From Gekko japonicus (lineage: Eukaryota): a stretch of DNA of 64,000 nt. A program made the position numbers and the translations under genes. The stretch spans positions 1,004,824 through 1,068,823 of the forward strand of contig NW_015163615.1 of NCBI RefSeq assembly GCF_001447785.1, in the 5' to 3' direction. A model generated the notes under the pieces. That model was not told the DNA's origin. It saw nothing but the letters and a program-made list of their open reading frames with translations, and did no database searches. Shown here one piece after another: positions 1-12,400 of the stretch; the first letter of the stretch is position 1; every line of letters starts with the position of its first letter.

Positions 1-190
1 GAAGTGTTTCCTTTTGTCTGTCCTGAACCTATTTCCCCACCCTATTTCATTGGGTGAGTTCTAGTATAATGGAAGAGGCAGAAAACGTTCTATCCACTTT
101 CTCCATTCCATACATGATTCCCCCCTCCCACTGAAAAAAATCCTAGATTCTCCAGCCTTTCCTCACAGGAAAGGTGTTCCAACCTTATGA
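1..190 (-). mobile_element. CR1 LINE fragment
   Basis: Resembles the CR1 3' region also present at 35200-35650. Confidence 0.55.
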
Positions 191-371
191 GAAGCCTAAA
201 TATCTGCCTGCAACACCATTAGTGTCCTAAAAGTACAACATTATAGTAATACAACATTCCTTTTTCATTTTATAATTTATTTAGCTCCTCCTCAGTACTT
301 ATCTAATGGCACAGCAACTTTTAGGGTGGAGATGGGCTGAACAATGATTGAGGCAAATACCACATTGGTAC

Positions 372-457
372 CTCTTGAGCTTGCTCTGAGAAGCCTGAAT
401 CCGTGGGAGTGAAATACAAGACTCCAGGTCCAGCTTCTTACGAAGATCAGAAATTAC
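372..457 (-). CDS. FANCD2: FANCD2 coding exon 11 (donor uncertain: exon end 372 or 361)
   Basis: [28 protein letters not shown]; clear cccacag acceptor; two possible GT donors. Confidence 0.8.
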
Positions 458-3400
458 CTGTGGGACAGCAATGCACAAGTTTTTGTGGCCATGACCCACA
501 AATACACTCAAATATTACAGATCACACATTTCAAGAGGATGATAATAAAAGACAGAGGAGGAGACAAACTGCCATGATGTGAAAGAAAGGCTTCAGAGAA
601 TACCACAAGACAGGTTTCAGTCATTTTAATCACTGACAGCATTGCATATTTATTACTGTTATTATTTATGTATCATTTACATTGTTTTACTATTTATGAA
701 TGTTTTTACTCTTGCTGTCCACCACCCTGAGCCCTGTGTACTCGGGAGGGCTGTTTATAAATTCAAATTATAAATAAATATACACACTCTGGTAATTATG
801 ATTGTTTCTACAAAATTTTTAAAAAATCTTATGATCTTTACTGCAAGGATAAGTGAATGTACAATAGAAAAAGAAGAGGGGGAGGTTATTTCAGGGGGAT
901 GTTAAGCTGGGATTCTAAACTATAGTCCATTAATTGCTGATATTGTTATTTTGAATGCAGGAATCTCAGTTTGCTCAGGAGCAGTTCAGAACCCACCTAC
1001 TGTCATCCTTCTTCTCCATAGTTTCCTTTTCAACACCCCCTCGTAATATTCCAAGACAGAATGAATGGTGATCATGGCCACAAGCATATGTTTCTTCTCA
1101 AGGTTTTAATAGCTGACAGAAACCCAAGTGGCAAAAGAGAAAAGGGGTTGGAATGTACCTCCACTGCATCAGTGGTCTTGATGGAATGGAGAATAAATTT
1201 GACGACTACTGGCAAATCTTCCACTTTAACAGCAGCCACTGTGACCATGACAGACCGACGTACCTAGGAAGAGAACAGCAGATTTTCCACTTGCATTTAT
1301 TTATTTGCACTTCTTGATTGCCCTGTCCCCAAAGACTACGGGTAGACTTTATTTGAAAATGTACATACATGAAGACATAATGTGGCTAAAAACCAATGGC
1401 CTGTATCCAGCCATGCAGTTGTGAAGAATTATGGGAACTATGCCGATTCCCTCCTCCTGCTATCTATATATCTAATAGCCAAGGCGCCCCCTGTGTGCGG
1501 ATATCTAAATCCGCACATCGGGGGCACCCGGGAGGCAGGGAGATTTTCCTGCACATTTGGGGCAATCCCCAGATGTACAGAAAAATCTAAAAACTATAAA
1601 AAACTATAGGGGGGATACTTAAATCCCCCCAAAAGTAAAGGAGCATTCCCTGCGTATGCCGCTGGGGAGGGAGAGGGGGAGGGAGAAGGCTGGGCTCACC
1701 TGCTGTCGCGTCTCCTGCATCTGCAGGCCGGGAGCTGTGGGGAATACTTCCCCGCCCTTGCGAGTATCGCGGGTCCTGCCTCTTGTAGATCCCTATTTTG
1801 CACCCTTGCTATTCCTGATGGTCTAATGACCCCCCCAAAAAAGTTTCAGAGGTTCAGTAGACTACAGTTAACATTGTAGGAGGGGCATATGCCCCTCCTA
1901 AGAAAACTTATGCTCTTAAGTCTTTGCACAGTTAGATACAAGGCACTATATGCTAAAATCTCAAAGCTTTTAGAATCTCATATCTTAAAACCATCCAATG
2001 CCTAGCATTTTCCAAAAGTACTCAGGGACCAACTCAGGAAAATCTTCCAGGGAAAAGATTTCACTGCTGTGGGAGAATGACCAAGATTATCATTCCATCT
2101 GTACATGCTGAGACAATCAATGAAGATGACCCAAAAATGTCCTATTTCTAGCCAACCAATCCAGTCTTTTCTGACCTTCTTGTGCATCCTTTTAACGCTT
2201 GTGCATAATTTTGTGCAAATAATTTTGCACCAAGACTTTATTTGGAACTTATACTTTGCATGTGAACCCCTGCATTCATCACAGGACTCCCTACCTCAGA
2301 GAGAAGCTCCACATCAAGATTCAAACTGGAAAGAGCATCCAGAATTGGAACAGTTAGCTCAGTTTTCTCCTTTAACAATGAACTAAAACACAGAACAAAT
2401 AAAGAAGCTTTAAGATCCTAGTGACATTCTAAAACTCTTTATTTAACTCGATTTCATTCAGAATCCATTTGCATCATTATCTAGCAGTATATGAAGGTTT
2501 AAAGTTGATTTCCCCAGAAAACGTTTCTGCAAATGCTATAAAACAAAGTTATTGATTTACTTCATTTATACCCTGCAGTTCTTCCCAATGGGGACCTGTC
2601 ATGATCTGGGCTGTGCCACCAGAGGCCTACTAGGCCCAGGGAGCCTGGCTAGCAGTAGGAGGAGGATGGGCCTACTAATCCCAGAAGGACTTGGGAAGTT
2701 TTGGTGCTGATTTTGACCAATAGGGAAGGACTGGGGATAAGAGAACTGGTACAACAGGGAAAGCTTGTTCTTCTTCCCAGAGGGCAGAGCCAGAAGGAAG
2801 GTTGCTGTGGGGAAGAGACCCTCATCCTGAGGGAAGGGTGAGTAGTCTAAGGCCACTTAAGATAGTGAGCTTGGGACAGTATATATTTAGACGCGTTAGG
2901 GCATTTGATTTCTTTTCTTTTCACCCACTTACTGTTATTATTCTACACCTTGTTTGTTTGACCTCCTATAAAATACAATTATTTTCATTGTTCACTCTGC
3001 CTGGTCCTCACGCCTATTATTCTGCCAAAAGGGAGGTCTGAAGGACTTGGGAGGGTGCTCTGGACCTTCTCAGAGGAGCCTGGAACCAGAGTGGTGGCAG
3101 CATCAGGTGACACCCCACCTGAGCCGTGACAGGAACCAAAACAGCTTACACTGTTCTTCTCCATTTTATCCTCATAACTATGTGAGGTAGATTAGGCTGA
3201 GAGTGTGAGCCATGCCCAAGGTCACCCAGACAGCTGCGCTGGCAGAATGGGGATTTGAACCTGGGTCTCCCAGATGCTAGTTAAACACTCCAACCACTAC
3301 ACCACACTGGCTTTCAGGTTATGAGCGACTCTGTCTCCCAAATGAATTACGGGTTGTCAGTTGTTACTGGAAAGAATAGTGATAAAAATTACAAGCAACA

Positions 3401-6400
3401 TCTCCAGAGGAAAGCAGCTCACTCAATATTATTTCAGTAATGCCTAATGCAAGAGGAGACATACACACTTGAAGATGGCCCTTCAGAACACAGATGGCAA
3501 CAAAATTCAAAAGGTTCAGAAAAGTTTATCAAATGAGAATAGATCCCATTTTGGAGTTAGATATTCTTTTCGAAAACAGAGCCAACTTCAGTATTACAGT
3601 CCCTACAACGACCTACTGAGAAGAGTCTGCACGTGTCAAGGAGCTCAAACCTGAACCCCGTGGGTCCCCAGGGCCGTTGCACACAAGTATTTTTAAAGGA
3701 TTTATTAAGTTTATTTCAAATTTAATACATCAGAAAACTTCATTAAGCAGCTGACTCATTACTCTAAAACCATGCAGCAAGAAAATAAAGAAACTAGCTC
3801 AACTAGTAAGCAAACTCTTAGGAATTGCATTAGATAACACAAACCTTAAGTTTCAAAATCAAGACCAAAGCTCATGCGTTCTCTATGTTGCTAGCAATTG
3901 CAATTCAAGCAGGTCATAATTCAGGCCTTTAGTTCATCAGGGTCTCAGCTAGCCTCTCTTCTTCTAGGCCTTAGCCAAATTATAGTTTTTGGCCCAGCAA
4001 CATAGGGTTCCCAAGTACTACCGCTATTCGGCGGGGGACACATGATCCCCGGCTGGAACATTCCTCCCTGTAACGCACCATGCCGTTGCCAGGAAGTGAC
4101 GCTGGGTGACGCTCTGACAATGGGGCTGAAAACTCGATGGTACCATCGAGTTTCCAGCCTCATTCCCAGAGCGTCGCCCGGCGTCACTTCCTGGCGACAG
4201 CATGGTGTGGTGCGTCTGTTGTCCGCGTGGGAATGGTCCTGGGAAGAGGTATGTGTCCCCCGCTGAATCACAGTAAGTATTTGGTAAGCCTGCAGCAACA
4301 TCAGGTGAGGATGACATCCAATCAGAACACATTCTCTGGAGGAGCCTCTAAGTTACCTCATCACCACTGGGTCTCCTCCCCCATCCTACAGGCAGCAGGT
4401 TCTCATGAGAAGCTAATCATGCCACCTTTATCCCTGGCCTTGAAGATGAAAAGAGCTGTATAGGCCAAGGAACCAATTTAGTACCTGCAGAAAGAACTAG
4501 GGCCGTTACTATTCACATTAACCCTTGAGGGGAGGCTAGGGGAGCTTTGCCTCACAGCATGCAAGAACTGAACACCCCAGACAATAGCTACACAAGCAGG
4601 CAGCCCAGCTACACAAGTCAGGAGTCTTTTGTTAGGCTTATTATTTACCATCAATGTACATGGTGCTCTACAGAGACCCAGGTGACAGGTCTTTTAAATT
4701 TTGGATCAATTCAGCTTACTTAAGCTAACTTATGTTTGAATTCGATTGCTATCTACTGTTATGATTCCTGTAAGACACATTGCATATAACAGGACAGAAG
4801 GCAAATAAAAATACTTTAATAAGTTTTTAAAAATTGAGGGGAGAAGGATGAATTAGAAGATTGCATAAGGATTTCTCATGTGTTCGCAGGTAAACTGAAG
4901 ACTCAGAGCTCATGTTCTTAACTGCTAGGCTATTTTGCCTATAAGACATTTACTCCATTCAAATTCATGATGAGCCCAAGGCTAAAATCTTGCACTTTTG
5001 AGCTTGACCAGCAAACATAAGCAGTACATGCATCAAGGCAAGCCTATGCTATGAAGCCAGTGGCAACCCCCCCCCCCCGAAGATTACATAGTCACAACTA
5101 GAGGGGTTTTTTTTCTTGTACACCAGAGAAGAAAAAAATACTGTGTACAGAGGCTTCTCTGAATCCATAGACAGCCTTTCCAGACCACAGCTCTTCAGAC
5201 TCTCAGAAGTATGGCTGCAGTCTGTTGACTGCTAGGGAACAACACGCTTAAATTTAAATAGAGAAACAGTTATTTTAAACAAAAGCAGCTACCCATACTA
5301 TATAGTATAAGCAAACCACAAAACTGAATGCTGTATTCACTGTATCACTAGCTGTGGCAGAGGGTATCTTCGGCTAGGGCAACACCGCCAGCTAATACAA
5401 AATCATAAGGGGACAGGAAGACAAAAAACATCCGTGTAAACCTCACCTAAGCTCTCTGGCAACTTCACCATGCTGAGAATCTTCCAGGATTTCTGGCAAG
5501 CTTGTGATAATATCATGTTGGATTGACAGAGGAGAAACACATATAATCTGCATGATTGTCAAGACAAGATCCTGTAGGTGACAGATACATTAGAACACTG
5601 GGAGCTGAACTGGAGTAAAGGAAAAGAAGGTGTCCTTCATACCAATAGCTAAAACGCACTGTCCACAGCGAAGCCAAGAGGCTGCACAATGGTAAACAGA
5701 ATATAAGCCAGTTATTTATTGTAAGCATACTGCATTGGATCCAACTCTCCTACACAATCATGCACAAGACACAGCTTGTCACCAAGAGGGGGCTGTGATC
5801 TCTCTCTCCTCCAGTTGCATCTCCCCAAACTGCACCCCATGCTGTTCCTGAGAGCTCCTCGATACAGAGGAGCAGCTGGTGATGGGGAGATCTGTTCTGT
5901 GAGTGGACTTCTGGAATTCAGGGATGGCTAGATGAGAAAGCAAGACTCCATGGCTGCACCAACAGGCTATATGCAGGACCCTGGCTGAAACATGTGAGAG
6001 CATGACAGGTGTCCTCACAGCAAAGCCAGATTCTTCCTGACAGAATAAATTCATTTGCATGGCTTAGGATGCTACAAGTGCATTGTATTTTATTTTATGG
6101 ACAAGATTAAGCATTACATCCAAAACTCAACATAAAAGTGATGCCGCTGACTTAACATATATGTTAACTTGTCTGTGTAAGGAGAAGAATCACCACTTAT
6201 TATATGCTGCAGCAACTAGCAGCTATCTAGCATATTGGCTAATGCTAGCTAAATGTCAACTAGCAGGAAGCAGAGAAATATTTATTTATTTATTTATTTA
6301 ATTCAATTTATACCCCGCCCTCCCCGCAATGCGGGCTCAGGGCAGCTTACAAGTGGCAAACGCCAATATAAAACAACTTTAAAAACATTTATAAATCCCA

Positions 6401-9400
6401 CAATACAAAAGCATTCATAACAATCAAAGACTAGAGTGCTCTAGATGTTCAACATAATATCAGATGGCATTTGATAGGTTTGGTAGTGCTTACCTTGCTA
6501 TCAACTATCCCGTCAAGCCATTTCAACTGATTGATAATGAGCTGGGGCAAATTGAGTCCATCACTGCCCACACTGAAAGATCAGAACAAAAGAAGAAAAA
6601 ATAGATCTGGTACAACCATAGTCCCTGTTTTCTACCAAAAAAGACTTCTTTCTGAAGCCCAATTATATAGAAGTCTGCTCATTTCTCTCCACACATGTGC
6701 CAACACCCGATTTCATTAACATTTTCTTTTGGCATGGCATCCTCATTTCCAACAGATAATCAGTTTATTCAGGAGGGCCAAGAGAAGGCACCCCCTAACA
6801 TTATGTTTCACAATAATTACAGACTGATTACTAACAGCAGAATAGAATCTCTACAAGAGAGGACCTGCAAGGAACTTTCAGGGAGGGGCACGTCATTTCC
6901 CCTGCCTTTCCTTTCTCTCTCCCACCCCTTCTCTGGCACTCCCCCCATCTCTTTTCCATCCAGCTACTGTGGTGCTCCCACGGCAGCTCAGGCTGCTCCC
7001 TGTGCCTAGCCAGTGCTGCCCTCCCTCACCTGGCTCCAGCATCACTGCCTTGGCAGGAGTGTTGCCACCGCATTAGCAGAGACAGCTCAGGGGTCCTGTG
7101 CTTCCTGCCCATCTCCTGTTTTGGTGCCTCAGTGGGGGGGGGGGAAGCAGTGCTGCTTTAGCAGCAGGGAGGGCTGGTGGGTCCCATGCCTCCCTCACTT
7201 TTAATTTTGCCACCTCGGTGGTTAAGGAAAGGGGAGGGCTTCCATTCATTCTCCCCTGCCTTCCTTCTCCTCATGCACCCCATCTCTGAAGAACAGTTGT
7301 ATGCACTTGTACAGCCAACTGTTCTTGGTTTGGTGTGTTTTTTTTGTAAACCCCTCTTTTTATTTTTAGGATTTGTTTCCTGCAAACCTGGGTCTCCCCC
7401 TAAAAATCTCTTTTGTGTCTATGTGGCCCTCATCCACTAATTTAAGTACCTGCAGATGGGCCCATGTTAAGATTTAGATATACTGATTTTTCCTTTAAGA
7501 CTCACTTACAGCAGGCAAGAGCACATAGCAAACTCTTGAGCACTGACACTCATGTAAGGAAGGACCTGGAAGAAACTATATTATCCAGCTGTTTTTTTTC
7601 TTTTCTCTGTGCTCATTAGAGTCAGTTTTTGGAATTTCAAAAAGTACTTAGGAAGAAATAACTAGAAAACACATAGTAACCAATGCTTCAAGTCAAAGCA
7701 CTGAACTACTCACCTTTCATGAAAAAATTCAGGGAGTTTCTCAAACAAAAGTCTTATAACAGCAGGCTTTGAAAAAAAAGAGACAAAAGCATTTTTAAAA
7801 AGATGCACAGATGGGAATACAAAGGATTATTGTACACAGCCCCAGCATGCATAGCAGGCATTAATCACAGGTGCATTAAAACAAGCATAAGCATAAAGCC
7901 CAAGACATTTCACGACTTTTCCATTTCCATATTTACTTCAATCCAGAAAACCACAATTCCAGTTGCTTGGTCATCAGTGGCAACAACCCTGAAAAGTATG
8001 AATAGCTAGCATGACGAGCCTCACTTCTCTAAAAATTACACAGCATTTGGAGGACACCTGTGTCTTTCACTGAGCCAGACTCAAGAACAGACAGAGGTCT
8101 CAGGGGGAAAAAGAAATAAGTAGCTTGCTTCAGACTAGACCTGGAGAAACAAAAGTAGCAAGAGTGATCTGTGCTCCTCCAAAGCGTAGTGAGGTATAGG
8201 GTTGCTAGACAGCAGCTTAGAATCCCTGGGAATATTTGGATGGTGGGGACAGGCACCCCAGTATCACATCAGCCCCTGACATCACTTCCAGTTTTCACTG
8301 GATGAGGGGGCTCTATTGCTTAAACAATAGAGTTTTTAGAAATCCTAGAGCATCTCTGATGTCATGATGTCACTTCACTGGAAGTGATGTCATATGACAG
8401 TGTGGTGCTGGAGCACCCTCCATTTGCCGCCATTTTTCTCCCCCTTAGCCTTCTAGGCACCAGAGAGCAACAATGGGAAGTCTCCCACTACAGAAATATA
8501 TGAGCAGGAGACCTGGCAACCACAGACAAAATCCCACTCTTCCCCCAACGGATGGAGAAAGGGTCTGAGGTGACAAATAAATATTGACCAGCAAGTTAAG
8601 ATCTGTGGACCCTTGCTTCAACCACTCATGTCTATCTAGCTGCTGGCTGTCTTCACAGTTGTCAACACAGACTGCCAATGCGGTTGGAATCAGTGCATTG
8701 TAAAGTGACCTTACCTGCAATATCTCAATTCCAAGGAGTAGTTTAATGAGACTTTCACAATATGAATGAACTGCATTACTGTAATTAAGAAAAACAATTT
8801 GCTGTTACTGTTATTTTTTTAACCACCATTTTAGGTAGACTATTTTTTTTTGCTGCATAATCTAAGGCTGTACAAACCAGATAAATGGTCATGGCTGGCT
8901 TTAAGCCAACACAGTCTACATTGGGACAGCCTTGTCTATGTTGCCATCGGTTCCATAGAGAAAGAATTTGAACAAATGTGTGTTGTTTGTATCTCACCAA
9001 TTGTGTTTTATGAATTTGCAATTTGGTTCTTGCTTTGTTAGCCACCTTGAGTCTAAGAAGTCAGGATATTAATATTTTAAATAAATAAAATTACTAATGC
9101 ATAGGGTAAAAGGTAAAGGTAAAGGCTTCCTTGCTCGAATGCCAGTCGAGTCTGACTCTAGGGTTGCGGTGCTCATCTCCGTTTCAAAGCCAAGAGCCAG
9201 CGCTGTCCGAAGACATTTCCGTGGTCATATGGCCGGCATGACTAAACACCAAGGCGCACGGAACGCTGTTACCTTCCCATCGAAGTGGTCCCTATTTATC
9301 TACTTGCAATTTCTTGCTTTTGAATTGCTAGGTTGGCAGGAGCTGGAACTAGAGATGGGAGCTCACTCCATCATGCGGCCCCCGGGTCTCGAACTGCTGA

Positions 9401-12400
9401 CCTACTGACCTTCCACAGCCTGCAGTTCAGCGTCTTAACCACTTGAGCCACCGCACTTGAGCATAGGGACAAACCTCTAAAAAGTGATTCAGCTGACAAA
9501 GCTCTCCAATTCCAATCCAGAAACTGTCTGGAATGCTTACAAAGGGCCATTTCCTACATTGTAGCTCGTTTCCTTGAATGTTTGCTTCATAATTGCTGAA
9601 CAGATCAACATTTTCAGGGAGAAAACAAGGACACGTTTTTATTAACCTCATTTCTGGACTCTGTGCAGGTACACAAGGAAGAAGGCAATTCCTGAACTGA
9701 TCTCTGTTTTCTATATGGGATTCCAAACCACTGATGAACTCTCCAACAACCTGCCGAGAAGAAAGAGAACAAAAGAACAGAGCAATAGTAGACATTACAA
9801 TTTAGGATGCCCTGGCAGGCAAATAAGGCAGAAGAAGAATAACCCTGAATGAGCTTTACTCTTTTTGGCCCTTATGCTTTTATGTAAGATCTAGTGATAA
9901 GTTGGTGACAACTGTTCCCCTCAGCCTCCCTGCTCCTGCCACCTTCAAGCAAACTAAAAGGGACTGGTTCTGTGTTCTCCTTGAGCCCCAAACTATAGGA
10001 AAACACTTTTCCCCCAAGCCCATGGTTTGGGACCCAGTCTTCCAGTAGCCACCACCATGAGGAGTTCTTTTCCTTCTCCCTTCCTCCCTTGAGTGCTCCT
10101 GGTCCCCCAGAGAATCATGCATGTGAGCAAGTGAGATTATATGTGTAATCCCAGAGCTGGATTGTCCTCTCAGTGTTTCCCTGGTTTTGTGTTGCCTAGC
10201 CCAGTGATGCCCAGTCTACAGTATAGATTTTTAACTTTCCCTTCTGGAATGTGGATGCAAGGAGACAAAGGTTTTAGGACGAAGATTGCCTTTCTTGGCA
10301 ACTTCTGACAAAGGAGCTGTACTGGACTTTCTTCTTTAACCCTTTCTATGCTACTGGGGAGTATCTGCTTGAAACCAACACGAAAGGGGGCGAATCCTTT
10401 CTGCTAAAACCAGTTTTTCCCCAATCCCCCAAAGTCTCAGAACAGTGACTTCTGGGGACTTTAGGATCAGATACGGAAAACAATCCATCCTGTGCCAGAT
10501 GGCTGAAGCCAACTCTGGAGATGTTGCTGGTATTCGACACATTTGTCAAACTACAACGGCTGTTTCCTGTGATCTGGAGCAACTTAAGTTTTTTTAAGGC
10601 CCTCCTAGCAAAACAGGCCTGTAGTTTATCATCTTCCATCCCTTACACTACAAATGTAACATTCATTCCAAATGTGCCAGCAGCATTCCTTAAACAAGTC
10701 TTCAGAAGAACTCTATATGATCATCAAGATATTTCCATTTTCCTCTCACATCCTAGTTTGATAGTAATTCATATATTAACAGTGCTATCACAGAGTTATA
10801 CCCTTCTATGTACATTGAGGTCAATGGTCTTGGAAAAATGTAATTCTTTATTTATTTATTTTTATTTATTTACATTTGACTTCTATACCGCTCATGACCC
10901 CTACTGGGTCTCAGAGCGGTTTACAGGTGGCCTACATTATTGTAGTCAGATCCTACCTAGGGCGACAATTGTGCAGGGAGGGGTTGCCTAACAGCACCCG
11001 GACGACAGGCTTCTCTCCGTTCTCGGTGGCTCCGGCGTAGTCTCGGCATTGCGGCGAGGGGTGACCATCAGCGGGCTGCAGATGGACCCTCCGTTGATGC
11101 GCACTGCTCCTGGACTGCGGCGTTCCCGGCTACTCGTACCTTCGGGCTCCAGCTGCGCCGCGTCGCTCCGCAGTTGCGTCATCCGGTCCCGCCTCGATCC
11201 GATGTCGTCGTCGCTCCTACGGTCCGCCAGACGCCGCCATTGTTCTTCCTCGCCGCCGCTGCTTCTCTTACTGCCATTGTCGCCGTCAACCCTCCTGGCA
11301 CGGAACCAGGAGGAGGGTGCCCCCCGCCTCTAAGGCAGGTACCCATTTCTCTACTTGCAATTACTTTCGAGCCGCTGGGTTGGCGGGAGCTGGGACTGGG
11401 GCCGGTAGCTCACTCCGGCCGCGGTGGGGATTCGAACAGCCATTATGGCTGTTCGCTATAGATGTTACTGCAGGTGCTGTTACTCCCTGCGCCACCGCTC
11501 CTCCCTACGCCACCGCTCTGCACAGGATGGCATTGTAGATGACTCACATCAAGTAGAACAATGAGGGAAATGGGTTCAGAAGAAAAAGAAGGGTGGGGTG
11601 GATGATGTCCTAGTGAAAGTTCCAATCTTTTAATATATCATGGATTCTAGCAATCATCTGAATTGTTCTCCTCCAAACTTGATTGCTAGAATCCATTATA
11701 GATGAGAAGACACCTGTTTTTTGAGTCAGAATCAATATAAGCCTCACAACATTCGGAATATATATCTATGAACTACCTGTGGATAAGAAGGGTGTTTCCT
11801 CAAGGCTTGATGAAGCTTCTTCTGGGAAACTGCACCATCTGTAGCTAAGGAGCAAGAGAATCAGACATTGTCATCTCACTACATGAAACTGAAATCGGAT
11901 GAAATGCTAGCAAAACAGAATGTGGCATTAACATGGTGGGACAAAAATATAATACTGACAAGGTACAATTATGATTAAAAAAATAGGCTTTCATAGCAGT
12001 CCAACAGAATTAGATAAGATCTGGCTTTCGTCGAGCGATAAATTGATACAGAAAATCTATAAAAAGCTCTTGAAGGATGTAAGACCGGACGACGAAATGA
12101 AAGAATCTAAATCTAGATGGGAAAAAGAATTAGGTCATAGAATAGAAGAAAGTAGTTGGACAAAAGTTTGGAAATCGATCAAATTAACCAGAGCAGTACC
12201 TCTTAAAGAAAATACATATAAAATGTACTATAAATGGTATTGGACACCAGATAAAATCGCAAAATGCTTCCCAAGTGCCTCCAATAGATGTTGGAGAGGC
12301 AGAAAAAACATAGGAACATTTATGCACATATGGTGGAATTGCAATAAGGTCCGAGACTTTTGGAAGAAATTGCAGAGAATATTAAATAAAAATTTGAAAA

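Noticed and set aside
3945-4463. Four overlapping ORFs with mirrored peptides on both strands
   Set aside because: Artefact of the palindromic MITE; no protein similarity.
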